64,000 bases of DNA from Eledone cirrhosa. Its lineage: Eukaryota. The stretch is taken from NCBI GenBank assembly GCA_964016885.1, contig OZ024741.1, positions 395,374,001-395,438,000 on the forward strand, given 5' to 3'. The position numbers and the translations under genes are program-made. A model generated the notes under the pieces. The model saw only the letters and a program-made list of their open reading frames with translations. It did no database searches and was not told the origin of the DNA. Position 1 is the stretch's first letter; each line of letters begins with the position of its first letter. Positions 25,193 to 38,282 of this stretch are shown here, piece by piece.

Positions 25193-25224
<32 letters not shown>

Positions 25225-25582
25225 GATATATATCTACATGTATATATATATACATATATATATATATATCTACATGTATATATACATAAATATGTACATG
25301 TATATATATATACATATATATATATATATCTACATGTATATATACATAAATATGTACATGTATATATACATATATATAAGTATATATATATGTATATATA
25401 CATATGTACATGTATATATACATGTATATATACATAAATATGTATATGTATATATACATATATATAAGTATATATATATGTACATGTATATATACATATA
25501 TATAAGTATATATATATGTACATGTATATATACATATATATAAGTATATATATATGTACATGTATATATACATATATATATG

Positions 25583-25641
<59 letters not shown>
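24621..25641. repeat. (TA)n arrays with TGTA/TACA variants; contain a short RTE-B 3' end (25030-25127, minus)
   Basis: Direct reading; CCCTGCTTGCAAGGGTGGGACGGGTCTTATTCAGCACAGCATC matches the family B end. Confidence 0.9.
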
Positions 25642-25644
<3 letters not shown>

Positions 25645-26294
25645 CTTCTCCACGCACTGGGAAATTGTTGGCAGGGCTGCACCATACAACTTCAAGAGGA
25701 AATGCGAACTTTGCCTCATAGAGCTCTACCACATCATAACGGCACCCCACGAGCTCATCAACAGCAGAGCTGAAACGACGATAAGCTGTACACACCACTT
25801 ATAAATATCCTACTTCAGATGGAATAAGAACAAGGAGTGAAACCGTAAACCGGGTCTCTCTGCACCAAGCTATAATACCTCGGCGGGCAGGCGCTGCTAA
25901 AAACATCCGGAAACTAACCATGCATCCCAGACCCAGCATGAATCGACCCAGGCGGGCAGGCGCAGCAAACAAACGTCTCGAAACAAACGTTGCATACCTG
26001 ACCCTGTGTGTATCGGCAATGGTAAAGTAGTAACCACATGCTTGTATCGGATAAAAAATTTGTCCGGAACAGACTGCCCAAACACCGGCCAGAGTTATAT
26101 CCCTTGACCTTCTGCAAAATTAAAACAAGTTTTTTTTTATGAAGAAAACTTATCTCTAAAATCCCATTCCGGGTCATGTAAGGAACGCTTTTTAGTTATT
26201 ATGCCCTTGAGAAGCCCATTCGGGCGAAACGTACGTAGGTGCTATTTTAAATAAACATGTTTTAACGGTCTGTTCTCCTGTATTTTACTTCTCC
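25642..26294 (+). mobile_element. Penelope-like element remnant (GIY-YIG C-terminus + 3' region with hammerhead)
   Basis: [33 protein letters not shown], stop at 25804; hammerhead 26203-26242. Confidence 0.75.
26203..26242 (+). ncRNA. Minimal hammerhead ribozyme, U3-A8 variant
   Basis: GCCC-TTGAGAA-GCCC ATTC GGGC-GAAA-CGTACG-TA-GGTGC; palindromic ACGTACGT; GUA site. Confidence 0.7.
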
Positions 26295-26610
26295 ATGTAT
26301 ATATATATATTTATATACATATATATGTATACATATATATGTACATGTATGTATACATATATATATACATATATATGTATACATATATATGTACATATAT
26401 ATGTATACATATATATGTACATGTATATATACATATATATATACATATATATATACATGTATATATACATGTATATATACATGTATATATACATATATAT
26501 ATACATATATATATACACATATATATATATATATATACACACATATATATATATATATACACACATATATATATATATATATATACACATATATATATAT
26601 ATATATACAC

Positions 26611-26641
<31 letters not shown>

Positions 26642-26776
26642 TATATATATATACACACACATATATATATATATATATATACACACACATATATATATAT
26701 ATATATATACACACACATATATATATATATATATATACACACACATATATATATATACACACACATATATATATAT

Positions 26777-26817
<41 letters not shown>

Positions 26818-26858
26818 TATATATATATATACACACATATATATATATATATACACAC

Positions 26859-26889
<31 letters not shown>

Positions 26890-26908
26890 TATATATATAT
26901 ATACACAC

Positions 26909-26941
<33 letters not shown>

Positions 26942-26958
26942 TATATATATATACACAC

Positions 26959-26991
<33 letters not shown>

Positions 26992-27002
26992 TATATATAT
27001 AT

Positions 27003-27045
<43 letters not shown>

Positions 27046-27112
27046 TATATATATATATATACACACACACACATATATATATATATACACACATATATAT
27101 ATATATACACAC

Positions 27113-27171
<59 letters not shown>

Positions 27172-27274
27172 TATATATATATACACACATATATATATAT
27201 ATATACACACATATATATATATATATACACACATATATATATATATATATACACATATATATATATATACACAC

Positions 27275-27333
<59 letters not shown>

Positions 27334-27352
27334 TAGATATATATATACACAC

Positions 27353-27385
<33 letters not shown>

Positions 27386-27418
27386 TATATATATATACAC
27401 ACATATATATATATATAT

Positions 27419-27465
<47 letters not shown>

Positions 27466-27480
27466 TATATATATATATAT

Positions 27481-27521
<41 letters not shown>

Positions 27522-27995
27522 TATATATATACACACATATATATATATATATATATACACACACATATATATATATATATACACACATATATATATATAT
27601 ATACACACATATATATATATATATACACACATATATATATATATATATACACATATATATATATATACACACATATATATATATATATACACATATATAT
27701 ATATACACACATATATAGATTGAGTTTATGTTGAGTTTATTTTACACACATATATATATATATATATATACACACACATATATATATATATACATATATA
27801 TGTATACATATATATGTACATGTATATATACATATATATGTACATGTATATATACATATATATGTACATGTATATATACATATATATATATGTATACATA
27901 TATATGTACATGTATATATACATATATATATATATATGTACATGTATATATACATATATATATATGTACATGTATATATACATATATACATATAT
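26295..27995. repeat. (TA)n(CA)m compound array followed by a TGTACATGTA-type array
   Basis: Direct reading. Confidence 0.97.
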
Positions 27996-29378
27996 ACTAG
28001 TTGCATCGCCAAACTGATGGAATCCTGTGTCAGAGAAACACTTTGGAACTTCTGGAGCTCTCACAGTCTTATCCGGCCCTCGCAATTTGGATTTATCCCC
28101 AACTCCAGCTGCTGTGATCAACTTATAGAGTTTCTTGAGGACATCACCCGGATCACTGATGGCGGCTCATGGGTGGATGTTGTTTACCTTGACTTTGCGA
28201 AGGCCTTCAATTCTGTGCCGCACAAAAGGCTTATGGCAAAACTCTCTGCAATGGGTGTGAAGGATGATCTTTTTAACTGGTTGAAGTCCTTCATTCTCAG
28301 TCGAAGAGAGGTAGTCACGGTTCTGGGACAGCATTCCTCACCATATGAGATGTCATCTGGTGTACCTCAGGGATCTGTTCTTGGCCCCCTTTTGTTTGTG
28401 GCATATATTAATGACATAGATGCCAACTTAAGGAATGCCACAGTACTAAAGTACGCAGACGACATCAAGCTGTACCTTGAGATAAAAAGGACAGATCCTG
28501 AACACTATAGATCTTGCTTGCAGTCTGACCTGGACACAATGCAACAGTGGATCTCAGACTGGCAACTCAAGCTAGCTGTGGACAAGTGCACCACCATGCA
28601 TTTTGGGAGTAAAAACCCAGCGTCCACATACTCCCTCCACAGCACTAATATCAAGAAGTCTTCCTGTGAACGTGACCTGGGCATTACGGTCAGCAGCGAT
28701 TTGCGTTGGACGAGGCACGTCTCTAAAATTGTCAAGAGGGCCGAGGGTGTCTTAGCATCACTCAGCAAGACCTTTGTCAGCCGCTCTCCAGATATCTATT
28801 TAAGGCTGTATACAGCTATGGTGCGACCACACTTAGAATTTGCATCACCAGTCTGGAACCCCTATCTTGCTCAGGACATTGACCGCCTGGAAACTGTTCA
28901 GAGACGTGCAACCAAGCGAATACCCTCCATCAGGCATCTACCATACTCTGAGCGCCTTGCTTCCCTGGGCATGGATTCATTGAAGCTCCGACGCCTGGCA
29001 ACTGACTTGGTAAACACCCACAAAATTGTTAACCATGTTGCCAACAACAACCCTGAGTGCCTTTTCGATTTCCATGTGTCTAACACACGTGGACATGCCC
29101 ACAAAGTAAGAAAACAGCACAGTTCCCATGACTTTCGGAAACATTTTTTCACGCTCAGAGTTGCTGAAGCATGGAACAAACTACCTGCATCAGTTGTTAG
29201 CTGTCGAGACACTGCATCCTTTAAGGCCTCCATGCTTCCCGAGATCCGCCAACACTACAGCTAACACATACAAACATGTACTTCCCTGGCATTTGTGTAT
29301 TATTCTATGTACTATATTGACTAATTTTAGTGCACCTGAGCACTTTACACAATAATTTCATTATTATTATTATTATTA
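27996..29378 (+). mobile_element. CR1-clade LINE, 5'-truncated, open RT frame, (ATT)n tail
   Basis: Open frame to 29264: [71 protein letters not shown]. Confidence 0.93.
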
Positions 29379-29543
29379 TATATATGTACATGTATATATA
29401 CATATATATATATGTACATGTATATATACATATATATATATATATGTACATGTATATATAGATATATATATATGTACATGTATATATACATATATATATA
29501 TGTACATGTATATATACATATATATATATATAAATATATATAT

Positions 29544-30120
29544 GTGGTGGCTGCCAACTCGTTTTCGAGTACGGCCACTACTTTATATCCATGTAGGAGA
29601 ACCCCTACCGATGCGCTGAACGAGTGTGAATTTTTAGTCCAGCCAGCGACTTGATAACTCTGGTACAAACACTACACTTGTGACAATTATTGACACATAG
29701 TGCTGGGCCCATGGTACCATGTGACAACAAGTGCAGAGAGATCTCCAGATATAAAGCAGTATCTGTGCCTGAAGCTTTTATAGTGAGCAAAAGCACTGCA
29801 CAAAGCCAGTCCCACTCTCTTAACCAAGATGATATTAACCAAAAAGAAGAACAAGTCAACATCATTGGATACCATCAGGGTTGCAGGTGTTATATCAGAG
29901 TTTTCCTTCTCCTAGAATTCTGCCTTGAAAAAGGCGAAGGGGTCATCTCTCCCGGTGATTTTGGATGGCCATTGACTCTTAAGAGCTCCTTTGCCCTTTG
30001 ACAGGTTTTGTTTTTAGTCCTGCAGGATGTCCAAGAAACCTTAGTGGGGTTGCCAACGACCCAAACATGAGACAGGTTGTATGGGATACATGTTACCAGT
30101 AGCACCAACTGGTGACCTGA
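29544..30120 (-). mobile_element. Internally deleted RTE derivative (5'UTR-like part joined to C2H2 finger/3' end)
   Basis: Minus strand has CTAGGAGAAGGAAAACTCTGA (compare 5'UTR at ~59768), then [22 protein letters not shown] and a terminal CTCGAAAACGAGTTGGCAGCCA like the ends at ~58970 and ~62450. Confidence 0.6.
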
Positions 30121-30135
30121 CATATATATATGTAC

Positions 30136-30172
<37 letters not shown>

Positions 30173-30174
30173 TG

Positions 30175-30337
30175 TCATCATCATCATCGTTTAACGTCCA
30201 TCTTCCACGCTAGCATGGGTTTGGACGGGAATTTTACAACTTGAGGCAAGATTGGTTGTTTTGCTCGTATAGGACTATCTGGCGGGTTTTTTACGGCTGG
30301 ATGCCCTTCCTAACACCAACCATGTTTACAGTGGGAA
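30175..30337 (-). mobile_element. RTE-A/SINE 3' tail fragment
   Basis: (CAT)n CGTTTAACGTCC...GGATGCCCTTCCTAACACCAAC. Confidence 0.85.
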
Positions 30338-30402
30338 GTGTATATATACATATATGTACATGTATATATGTACATGTATATATATACATATATATATATA
30401 TA

Positions 30403-30801
30403 GTGAAGGCACATGGCTTAGTGGTTAGAGCATTGGCCTTGCAATCGAAAGGTTGTGAGTTGAATTCTCAGACCGGGTGATGTGTTATTTCCTTGAGCAA
30501 GACACTTTATTTCACATTGCTCCAGTTTACTCAGCTGTAGAAATGAGGTGATAGGGACCGGGTCCATATCATTCCACTAGAGTGGTCATGGAGGTGCCAC
30601 AGCAAAAGAAACACCCAGCCCACACTGTAAAGTGGATGTGTAGGTGCCACGGCAAAAAAAGCACCCTGCACTCACTGTAAATGAGGTTGGTGTTAGGAAG
30701 GGCATCCAGCTGTAGAAATCAAGCCAGCATCAGTTCCCGTCCCACCCTTGCAAGCAGGGAAAAGCGGACGTAAAATGAAATGATGATGAAATGATGATGA
30801 T
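30403..30801 (+). mobile_element. SINE family 1 with RTE family B tail
   Basis: Same head/body as 23776; ends CCCGTCCCACCCTTGCAAGCAGGGAAAAGCGGACGTAAAATGA. Confidence 0.9.
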
Positions 30802-30887
30802 ATATGTACATGTATATATGCATATATATATATATAAATACATATACATATATATGTATACATATATATGTATATATACATACATAT

Positions 30888-31275
30888 CATCATCATCATG
30901 ATTTTACGTCCGCTTTTCCCTGCTTGCCAGGGTGGGACGGGAACTGATTCTGGCTTGATTTCTACAGCTGGATGCCCTTCCTAACACCAACCTCATTTAC
31001 AGTGAGTGCAGGGTGCTTTTTTTCCGTGGCGCCTACACATCCACTTTACAGTGTGGGCTGGGTGCTTTTTTTGCTGTGGCACCTCCACGACCATTTTGCA
31101 GTGGAATGATAGGTACCCCAGTCCCTATCATCTCATTTCTACAGTTGAGTAAACTGGAGCAATGCGAAATAAAGTGTCTTGCTCAAGGAAACAACAAATC
31201 GCCCGGTCTGAGAATTGGACTCACAACCTTTCGATTGCAAGGCCAATGCTCTAACCACTAAGCCATGTGCCTCCA
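30888..31275 (-). mobile_element. SINE family 1 with RTE family B tail, inverted partner of 30403
   Basis: Reverse complement of 30403-30801 with scattered differences. Confidence 0.9.
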
Positions 31276-31277
31276 TG

Positions 31278-31309
<32 letters not shown>

Positions 31310-31417
31310 TATGTATACATATATATGCATACATATATATGTATATATACATGTATATATATATATACATATATATGTACACATATATATATGTATATGT
31401 ATATATACATGTATATA

Positions 31418-32256
31418 TTTTCACTGCTAATTTTATGCAAATTCTTTTTACTTCCGTTGTTACTCTTGCCTCCATAAAAACAGTGACTATATTTCCATTA
31501 TTTATTTTCAGAATAATTGATTATGAATAATTTTGAACCTCCAAATCTGTGGAAGAGACACGGAGTTCTTCTTGGAATCCGTGCCGAGAGGACAAATAAG
31601 ACCAGAGGATCAACTCCCAGAACAACAGGTGGCTCGCTGTCTCATCCAAAGACGTGCCCAGAGTGGTGCAGACAAAGTTTCCAGCGACAACATTGGTCTT
31701 AGGTGTCGTCAGCAGTCAAGGTGACGTCATGCCACCTCACTTCTTCCCTGAGGGCCTCAAGCTGAACACCGATGGCTACATCCGCGTTCTGAGCAAGGTA
31801 GTAAAGCCCTGGATCGACCAGGTAGCTGCAGGTAGGCCATACATGTGGCAGCAAGACTCAGCGCCCTGCCATACCAGCTGAAAAACCCAAGCCTGGCTGT
31901 CAGAGAACTTCGTTGACCACACTTCCCCTGACATCTGGCCTCCCAGCTCGCCTGACTGCAACCCCCTCGACTTCTTTGTGTGGGGCGCAGTGGAACGAGA
32001 CACCAACAGATCTAGCTGCAATACGAAAGATGATCTGAAGGCCTAAGTCGGGGGACAGTGATGAAGGCCTCTAGCCGGTTCCAAGGCCGCCTTGAGGACG
32101 TCATCAAAGTCAATGGTGGGTTTATCAAGTGAGATCGAAAGAACAAGTCATGAAGACAAACTGACCTAAGTTTGATAAATAAATCTTAAAAAATAAAACT
32201 ACTGTGTTATTTTTTCATAGACAGTAACCTTGCGAACAAATATTGTCCGCACCCTG
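31418..32256 (+). mobile_element. Tc1/mariner maT (DD37D) transposon, 3' part
   Basis: WQQDSAPCH...WPPSSPDCNPLD with 37 residues between the aspartates (one internal stop); ends ...GCACCCTG|TA. Confidence 0.88.
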
Positions 32257-32310
32257 TATATATATATATATACATATATATGTATATATATATATATATT
32301 TACATGAATA

Positions 32311-32505
32311 TCATCATCATTATCATCATCGTTTAATGTCCATGTTCCACGCTTGCATGGGTTTGGACGGGAGTTTTCCCACTTGAGGCAAGAGTGGTTG
32401 TCTTGCTCGCATAGGACTGTCTGGCGAGTTTTCTACAGCTGGATGCCCTTCCTAGCACCAACCTCATTTACAGGGAGTGCTGGGTGCTTTTCTTTCGGTG
32501 GCCAT
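32311..32505 (-). mobile_element. RTE-A/SINE 3' tail fragment
   Basis: (CAT)n plus family A terminal hairpin, followed by SINE-body-like CCAACCTCATTTACAG..GTGCTGGGTGCTTTT. Confidence 0.8.
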
Positions 32506-32544
32506 CATGTATATATATGTATATACATATATATGTATATATAT

Positions 32545-32954
32545 TGCCTCTGGAACAATGGGACACACCATGGTCACCCGGATAGTAAACCAAGTCATAC
32601 AGAATGGGGTTGTTCCGAAGGACTGGCGTAGCAGCATCATCATTAACTGCTACAAGGGTAAAGGAGACGCCCTAGATAGGAGTAACTATAGAGGCATTAA
32701 ATTAATCGACCAGGTCATGAAGGTCACGGAAAAAGTAATAGCGCAACTAATCAGAGAGAGAATCGATCTAGATGAAATGCAGTTCGGGTTTGTGTCAGGC
32801 AAAAGTACCACAGATGCTCTTTTCATTGTACGACAACTACAGGAGAAGTACCTAGCTCAAGGTCAACCGACCGGACACTGCCCACAACCGGATAACCCGT
32901 CTAACCCATGCTAGCATGGAAGAACGGACGTAAAACGGTGATGATGATGATGAT
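32545..32954 (+). mobile_element. Chimeric retrocopy: RTE-A RT fragment fused to a different RTE-type tail
   Basis: ASGTMGHTMVTRIV...QLQEKYLA (to ~32857), then a tail matching SINE 24110-24201. Confidence 0.85.
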
Positions 32955-33158
32955 ATATATGTGTACATATATATATGCATGTATATATGTATATGTACAT
33001 GTATATATGTATATATATATATACATATATATATACGTATATATATATGTATATATATATACATATATATATACGTATATATATATGTATATATATATAT
33101 ACATATATATATACGTATATATATATGTATATATATATACATATATATATATATATGC

Positions 33159-33190
<32 letters not shown>

Positions 33191-33303
33191 GTATATATAT
33201 ATATATGTATATGTATATATGAAAGAGTGAAGAATAACATGGTCGGCTGTACAAAAAGTGTTTTTTTTATATATATATATATGACACATATATACATAAA
33301 TAT

Positions 33304-34560
33304 ATGACAATTCATCGCCAACAATTACGAGACCCTACCACAAGACAGATACCACTCAGTGCACATCTAGACATATGTTCAAGTAATAAGACACCCAAAT
33401 TCCAAGTCTTCCCATTTTATCTTTGCGCTGACAATACAACAGAACAAATACGAATAAATAAGGAAAATATGTTTATTCAAAAATATAGACCAGCATTAAA
33501 TATAGTTTAATATACATTATGTCAACACCATAACATGCTAACCATCCAAACAGACACATACATATACACACACAACACCTTCTATATTCAAAAATAGAAA
33601 CCAGAGCTAAATAAACCTTAACATACGTTAATACTCTAACACCTTAACATGCTAACCATACCCCCCATACACACACATAACTCCCTCCCCCATTTCTATT
33701 AACAGAATCATTTTCCTAAACACACACACAAAAATATATATTCTCTCCATCTTAACATGCTAACCATACTCCAACACACACATATAACATCCATACACAC
33801 ACACACAACTCCATCCACCATTTCTACTAATAGAATCATCTTCCTACACACACACCAGCACACAAATAAACATACATATCTCTACTTTCTTTATTTCAAT
33901 GGAAAGTCTGAATTTTGACACCCCACCACATCAGCCATACTCACTGAACCAAAACAATTCTCCCCATCCCATTTTTCTTGACCATTATCTTTTGTTTGGC
34001 ACAAAATTCTCTAAATGGCTACAAAAGAAATTCCCAAATATGGGTGTGAAATTTAATGTACTTGTTCAAGTGACAATCATAATTTCATTTATAACCAATC
34101 AAATTACATTTATAAAAAAAGCCTTCGTGAGTCACTCTTTTTAAGTAAAAAGAAATTCAAACACAAACTGGCATGAAAGCTGATGTGCTTATTCACCTGA
34201 CTGCATCAACCAACCAAACTTCACTCATATATGAAAAAACAATCTGAGCCCCCCCTACCTTTTTTTAAGTCAAATATAATAAGAACTTTGTAACACGAAC
34301 TGGTTCAAAATTTATTATACTTATTCCTTGACAGTCATCAACCAACCGAATTACTTTTCTAAAAGCCTAGCATTTCGAGCCACTTTTTTCCATATAGAAC
34401 AGAAGTAACATTCGAACACCAACCAGATGCGAGAAAAACCACAAACCCTCCATCTCAATTCTACTTTTGAAAAGCACAAGAACTGCGAAACCGGTAAGGG
34501 AACCAAATAAATATATTTAAAAAAAAAAAAGACTTCAGTTGCATTTTCGATTTCCTCTTT
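33304..34560 (+). mobile_element. Penelope-like element remnant (GIY-YIG C-terminus + long 3' region + hammerhead)
   Basis: [35 protein letters not shown] (33304-33510); hammerhead 34464-34499. Confidence 0.78.
34464..34499 (+). ncRNA. Minimal hammerhead, U3-A8 variant
   Basis: CTT-TTGAAAA-GCAC AAGAA CTGC-GAAA-CCGG-TA-AGG. Confidence 0.6.
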
Positions 34561-34566
34561 TTACCT

Positions 34567-34572
34567 TATATA

Positions 34573-34623
<51 letters not shown>

Positions 34624-34778
34624 TTATATGTGTATATATATATATATTTATATGTGTATATATATATATGTACATATATATATGTACATATGTATACATA
34701 TGTACATATATATACATATGTACATATATATACATATGTATACATATATATATATGTATATATATATATATACATATG

Positions 34779-34812
<34 letters not shown>

Positions 34813-34858
34813 CATATGTATACATATATATATATGTATATATATATATATACATATG

Positions 34859-34890
<32 letters not shown>

Positions 34891-34951
34891 CATATGTATA
34901 TATATGTGTGTATATATTTACATACATGTGTGCGTGCGTGTGTGTGTGTGT
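34567..34951. repeat. (TA)n array with TACATATGTA units ending in (TG)n
   Basis: Direct reading. Confidence 0.95.
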
Positions 34952-35301
34952 AAACAATCATTGTTTCCGACGGTCTGATCAAACCTATATATGAGGTCTG
35001 ATAGTATACAGTTATATACTGCTATAGATCAGACAATATGTCAATATTATCAACCCTCCGATACGATCATAAAACAATGATATGAATAGGTAAAATAACT
35101 CAGCTTTGTTGTTATTATTCTCATTGTTAATTTAATACCTAATATCTGACTCTGTATCTAAGGAATTATCTCAGCGGAACCCGAAACTTTTCTATGGATT
35201 TCACTGGATTACTTGCCATCAGATTACATTGAGTTCTATCTATGGTATGGACCCTACCACCAAGTGTAGACGACACTGAAAAAAAAAATATATATATATA
35301 T

Positions 35302-35643
35302 GTGGAGGCACATGACTTAGTGGGTAGAGCATTGGCTTGCAATCGAAAGGTTGTGAGTTCAATTCTCAGACCGGGTGATGTGTTGTTTCCTTGAGCAAGA
35401 GACTTTATTTCACATTGCTCCAGTTTACTCAGTTGTAGAAATGAGATGATAGGGACTGGGGTCCCTATCATTCCACTGCAAAGTGGTCATGGAGGTGCCA
35501 CGGCAAAAAAAGCACCCAGCCCACACTGTAAAGTGGACGTGTAGGCGCCACGGAAAAAAGCACCCAGCACTCACTGTAAATGAGGTTGGTGTTAGGAAGG
35601 GCATCCAGCTGTAGAAATCAAGCCAGAATCAGTTCCCGTCCCA
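35302..35643 (+). mobile_element. SINE family 1, tail truncated
   Basis: Head/body match 30403; stops at CCCGTCCCA. Confidence 0.88.
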
Positions 35644-35867
35644 GTGTAGTATTAAAAAAAAGAAAAAAACAAGCTATTTATTGTTTAAATTTTAAACAAT
35701 AAATAACATGTTTTTTTCTTTTTTTTACAAATATATTGCATATGTATATTAAGCATTTATATAAACATCTATGAGACTGTGTAGATTCTACACAATCTCA
35801 TAGATGTCTTTATTCTTATTGGCAAAATCACATTCTTTTTACATCTATGTTACTAATGATAAACTAA

Positions 35868-36283
35868 CATCATCACCATCATTGTTTAATGTCCACTTTC
35901 TCTGCTAGTAAGGTTTGGATGTCTCATCACAGACTGATGGGGGGGGGGGGGGGCTGAGGGTATTACGTGAGGTAGGGTGGCCCCAAAAGTTTGAGAACCT
36001 CTGGTCTAAATGCTTCAGCTTTGGCTTGTACCTGTGGGAAGTCGGGTCTTCTGTATTACTGCATGACGCCAGAGGTCACGGTCGTGTGTCATCGCCTTTG
36101 AGAGGTGCTATTGGGTAAGGTTAGCTTTTATCACCTCATCCCAGGTCTTCTTGGGTCTCCCCATTCCGCGGCTTCCATCGACTTCTAGTGCTCTGCACCT
36201 TTTTATGCAGCTGTCATCCTTCATACGCATCGCATGTCCATACCAATGCAACCTCCTCTCCTGCACACAGCATTTGATTCCTC
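35868..36283 (-). mobile_element. RTE 3' fragment (further family)
   Basis: Minus strand encodes GIKCCVQERRLHWYGHAMRMKDDSCIKRC..GRPKKTWDEV; degenerate (CAT)n tail. Confidence 0.8.
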
Positions 36284-37406
36284 ATATATATGAGAGTGTG
36301 TTTTGCTTTTTTGCAAAGCTACCAGAAAGCATGATTTTAACTATAAAATAATTGAATAAACTAGAATGATGGGAAAAAATGGACAAAATGTACTTCACAA
36401 CTGCCATATGCTGATAGGCCATGTTGACCATTAGGCCCAAATTCTCCTACTACTTTTATCTGTCTATTTAAAGATGTTATCTTTTCAGCTATGATGTAAA
36501 TAAATGAATATGTTTATGATGCATGTACTAAGATTGAAAAGCGAATTAAATATGTAAGAGACATTTTAAAGCTAAGAGACACCTGCTGTGGATATGTTTT
36601 CCACCAGATTCTAGCTCTTGCTGTCCAGATAAAGAATGACAAAAAACTATCATGTATTCATTAACATAATTCATACTGTATAATTACACTGTTGTAATAA
36701 AAACTTGAGTGGGTGAGGGTGGGTATAAAAGTTGAATTGATTGCCCTTAGAATTGAACAGGAACCTATTTTATTGCTTCTAGAAGACTGAAAGGTAAAGT
36801 CAACATCAGCAGGTTTAAACACAACATAACTACAAAGTTTTTTAGTCTAGCACGCAACATTCTCTATCTATTTACTATCCTCATGACTGCAATAATAACA
36901 AGATTACAAAAACAGAGGAACAAGGAAAAATATGAGTTCCACCAATAACTAGGCAACATAATTAAACAGTAGGTGAAATTATCTGTGTAATTTATATTTC
37001 TATAACCATTACATAAAAAAAAAGAATTACAACAATAATGGTGTTCTCATGTAGTATTATGTTCCCAAAGAATAAATACTATAATACTCTTATGTATTTT
37101 ATGTGAGAGTAAATGAGCAATTCACTAACAATAAAAGATTTATTATACAAAGATATATTCAGACTAATTTCCCCATCTTGGTTGTTGTAATCACAACATT
37201 TTCACTATTGTACCATCAAACCTGGAAAATGTTGGATGGTACAAGTATTACAAGTTTGTCATACTTGGTAAATTTGTCGGAATTCCAAACCCAACCTTTT
37301 TATTCAATTCCAGGCATGTATATGAGAGGTACCTGGCCAGGGGGTACAATAGTCAAAATGTCATGATTACTATAACAACCAAAGTGAGGGCACCAGTCTG
37401 AATATT

Positions 37407-37450
37407 CACACCTGAAGAATGCCAGATGGCACAATGGCCAAAATGATGTG
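37407..37450 (+). ncRNA. Decayed hammerhead motif
   Basis: CACAC-CTGAAGA-ATGCCA...TGGCC-AAAA-TGATGTG; GAAA possibly lost by CpG decay (CGAAACG to CAAAATG). Confidence 0.35.
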
Positions 37451-38282
37451 CTTAATGTAACAACTACAATGAGAACACTAGTCTCAATATATCAGAAATT
37501 CAGACAAAAATTACCAGTGGAGACATGAAATATAGAAAAACAAAGAGTTTAGCATGGGAAGCTGACAAAGTTCCAACAGTGTTTCAGATGGTGTTAAGTT
37601 TATTGTTAATGTTCATGCCTAACAATAATGATTCATGTGAAACTAGAAAATAGCACCAGTGAAAACAAGCTGAATCAGAGTGATGACAGGCACCACCTAG
37701 TTGTAACTATCTGGTTGATAGTTAAAATTGGGTACCATACAGTTAGAAAACACCTATAAACCTGGGGAGTAGATAAGAATGTAGAAGATAGAACTGGCTA
37801 ACATGAGAAAAAGAAAAAAGAGGAGTTGGAGAATGCTTGCATTGTAGGAAGAAATATTCAGTATCTCTACAATATAAATGAAAAAGTGATTCCCAGAAAT
37901 ATACATTAGTGAGATGAAGTGAGTTATCATTGTCAAAGAAGCCACAATAAATACAGACAATATTATCCAGATTGACATAACAATATCAGAAACAGAAAAA
38001 AAAGGAGAAAGCAGTAATCTCCAAAATTAGGGAGTTTTTTTAACAAAGAGAAACTCACAGTTGATGATAATTATGTATATAGTCAATGATATGTAGATAG
38101 AAATTAATAAAAAAAAAAAAATAAAAAAAGTAAATGCTAGAGATGGATAAGAAATTGGATGGCTCCTCAACATATATTATCAGATACTCAGGATATACAT
38201 CACAACAGTAATGTACACTGGATAAAATTTGTCTGAAGAAAACTTATGGATACACCAAAGCAGAAAGAGAGATTAATAATAA

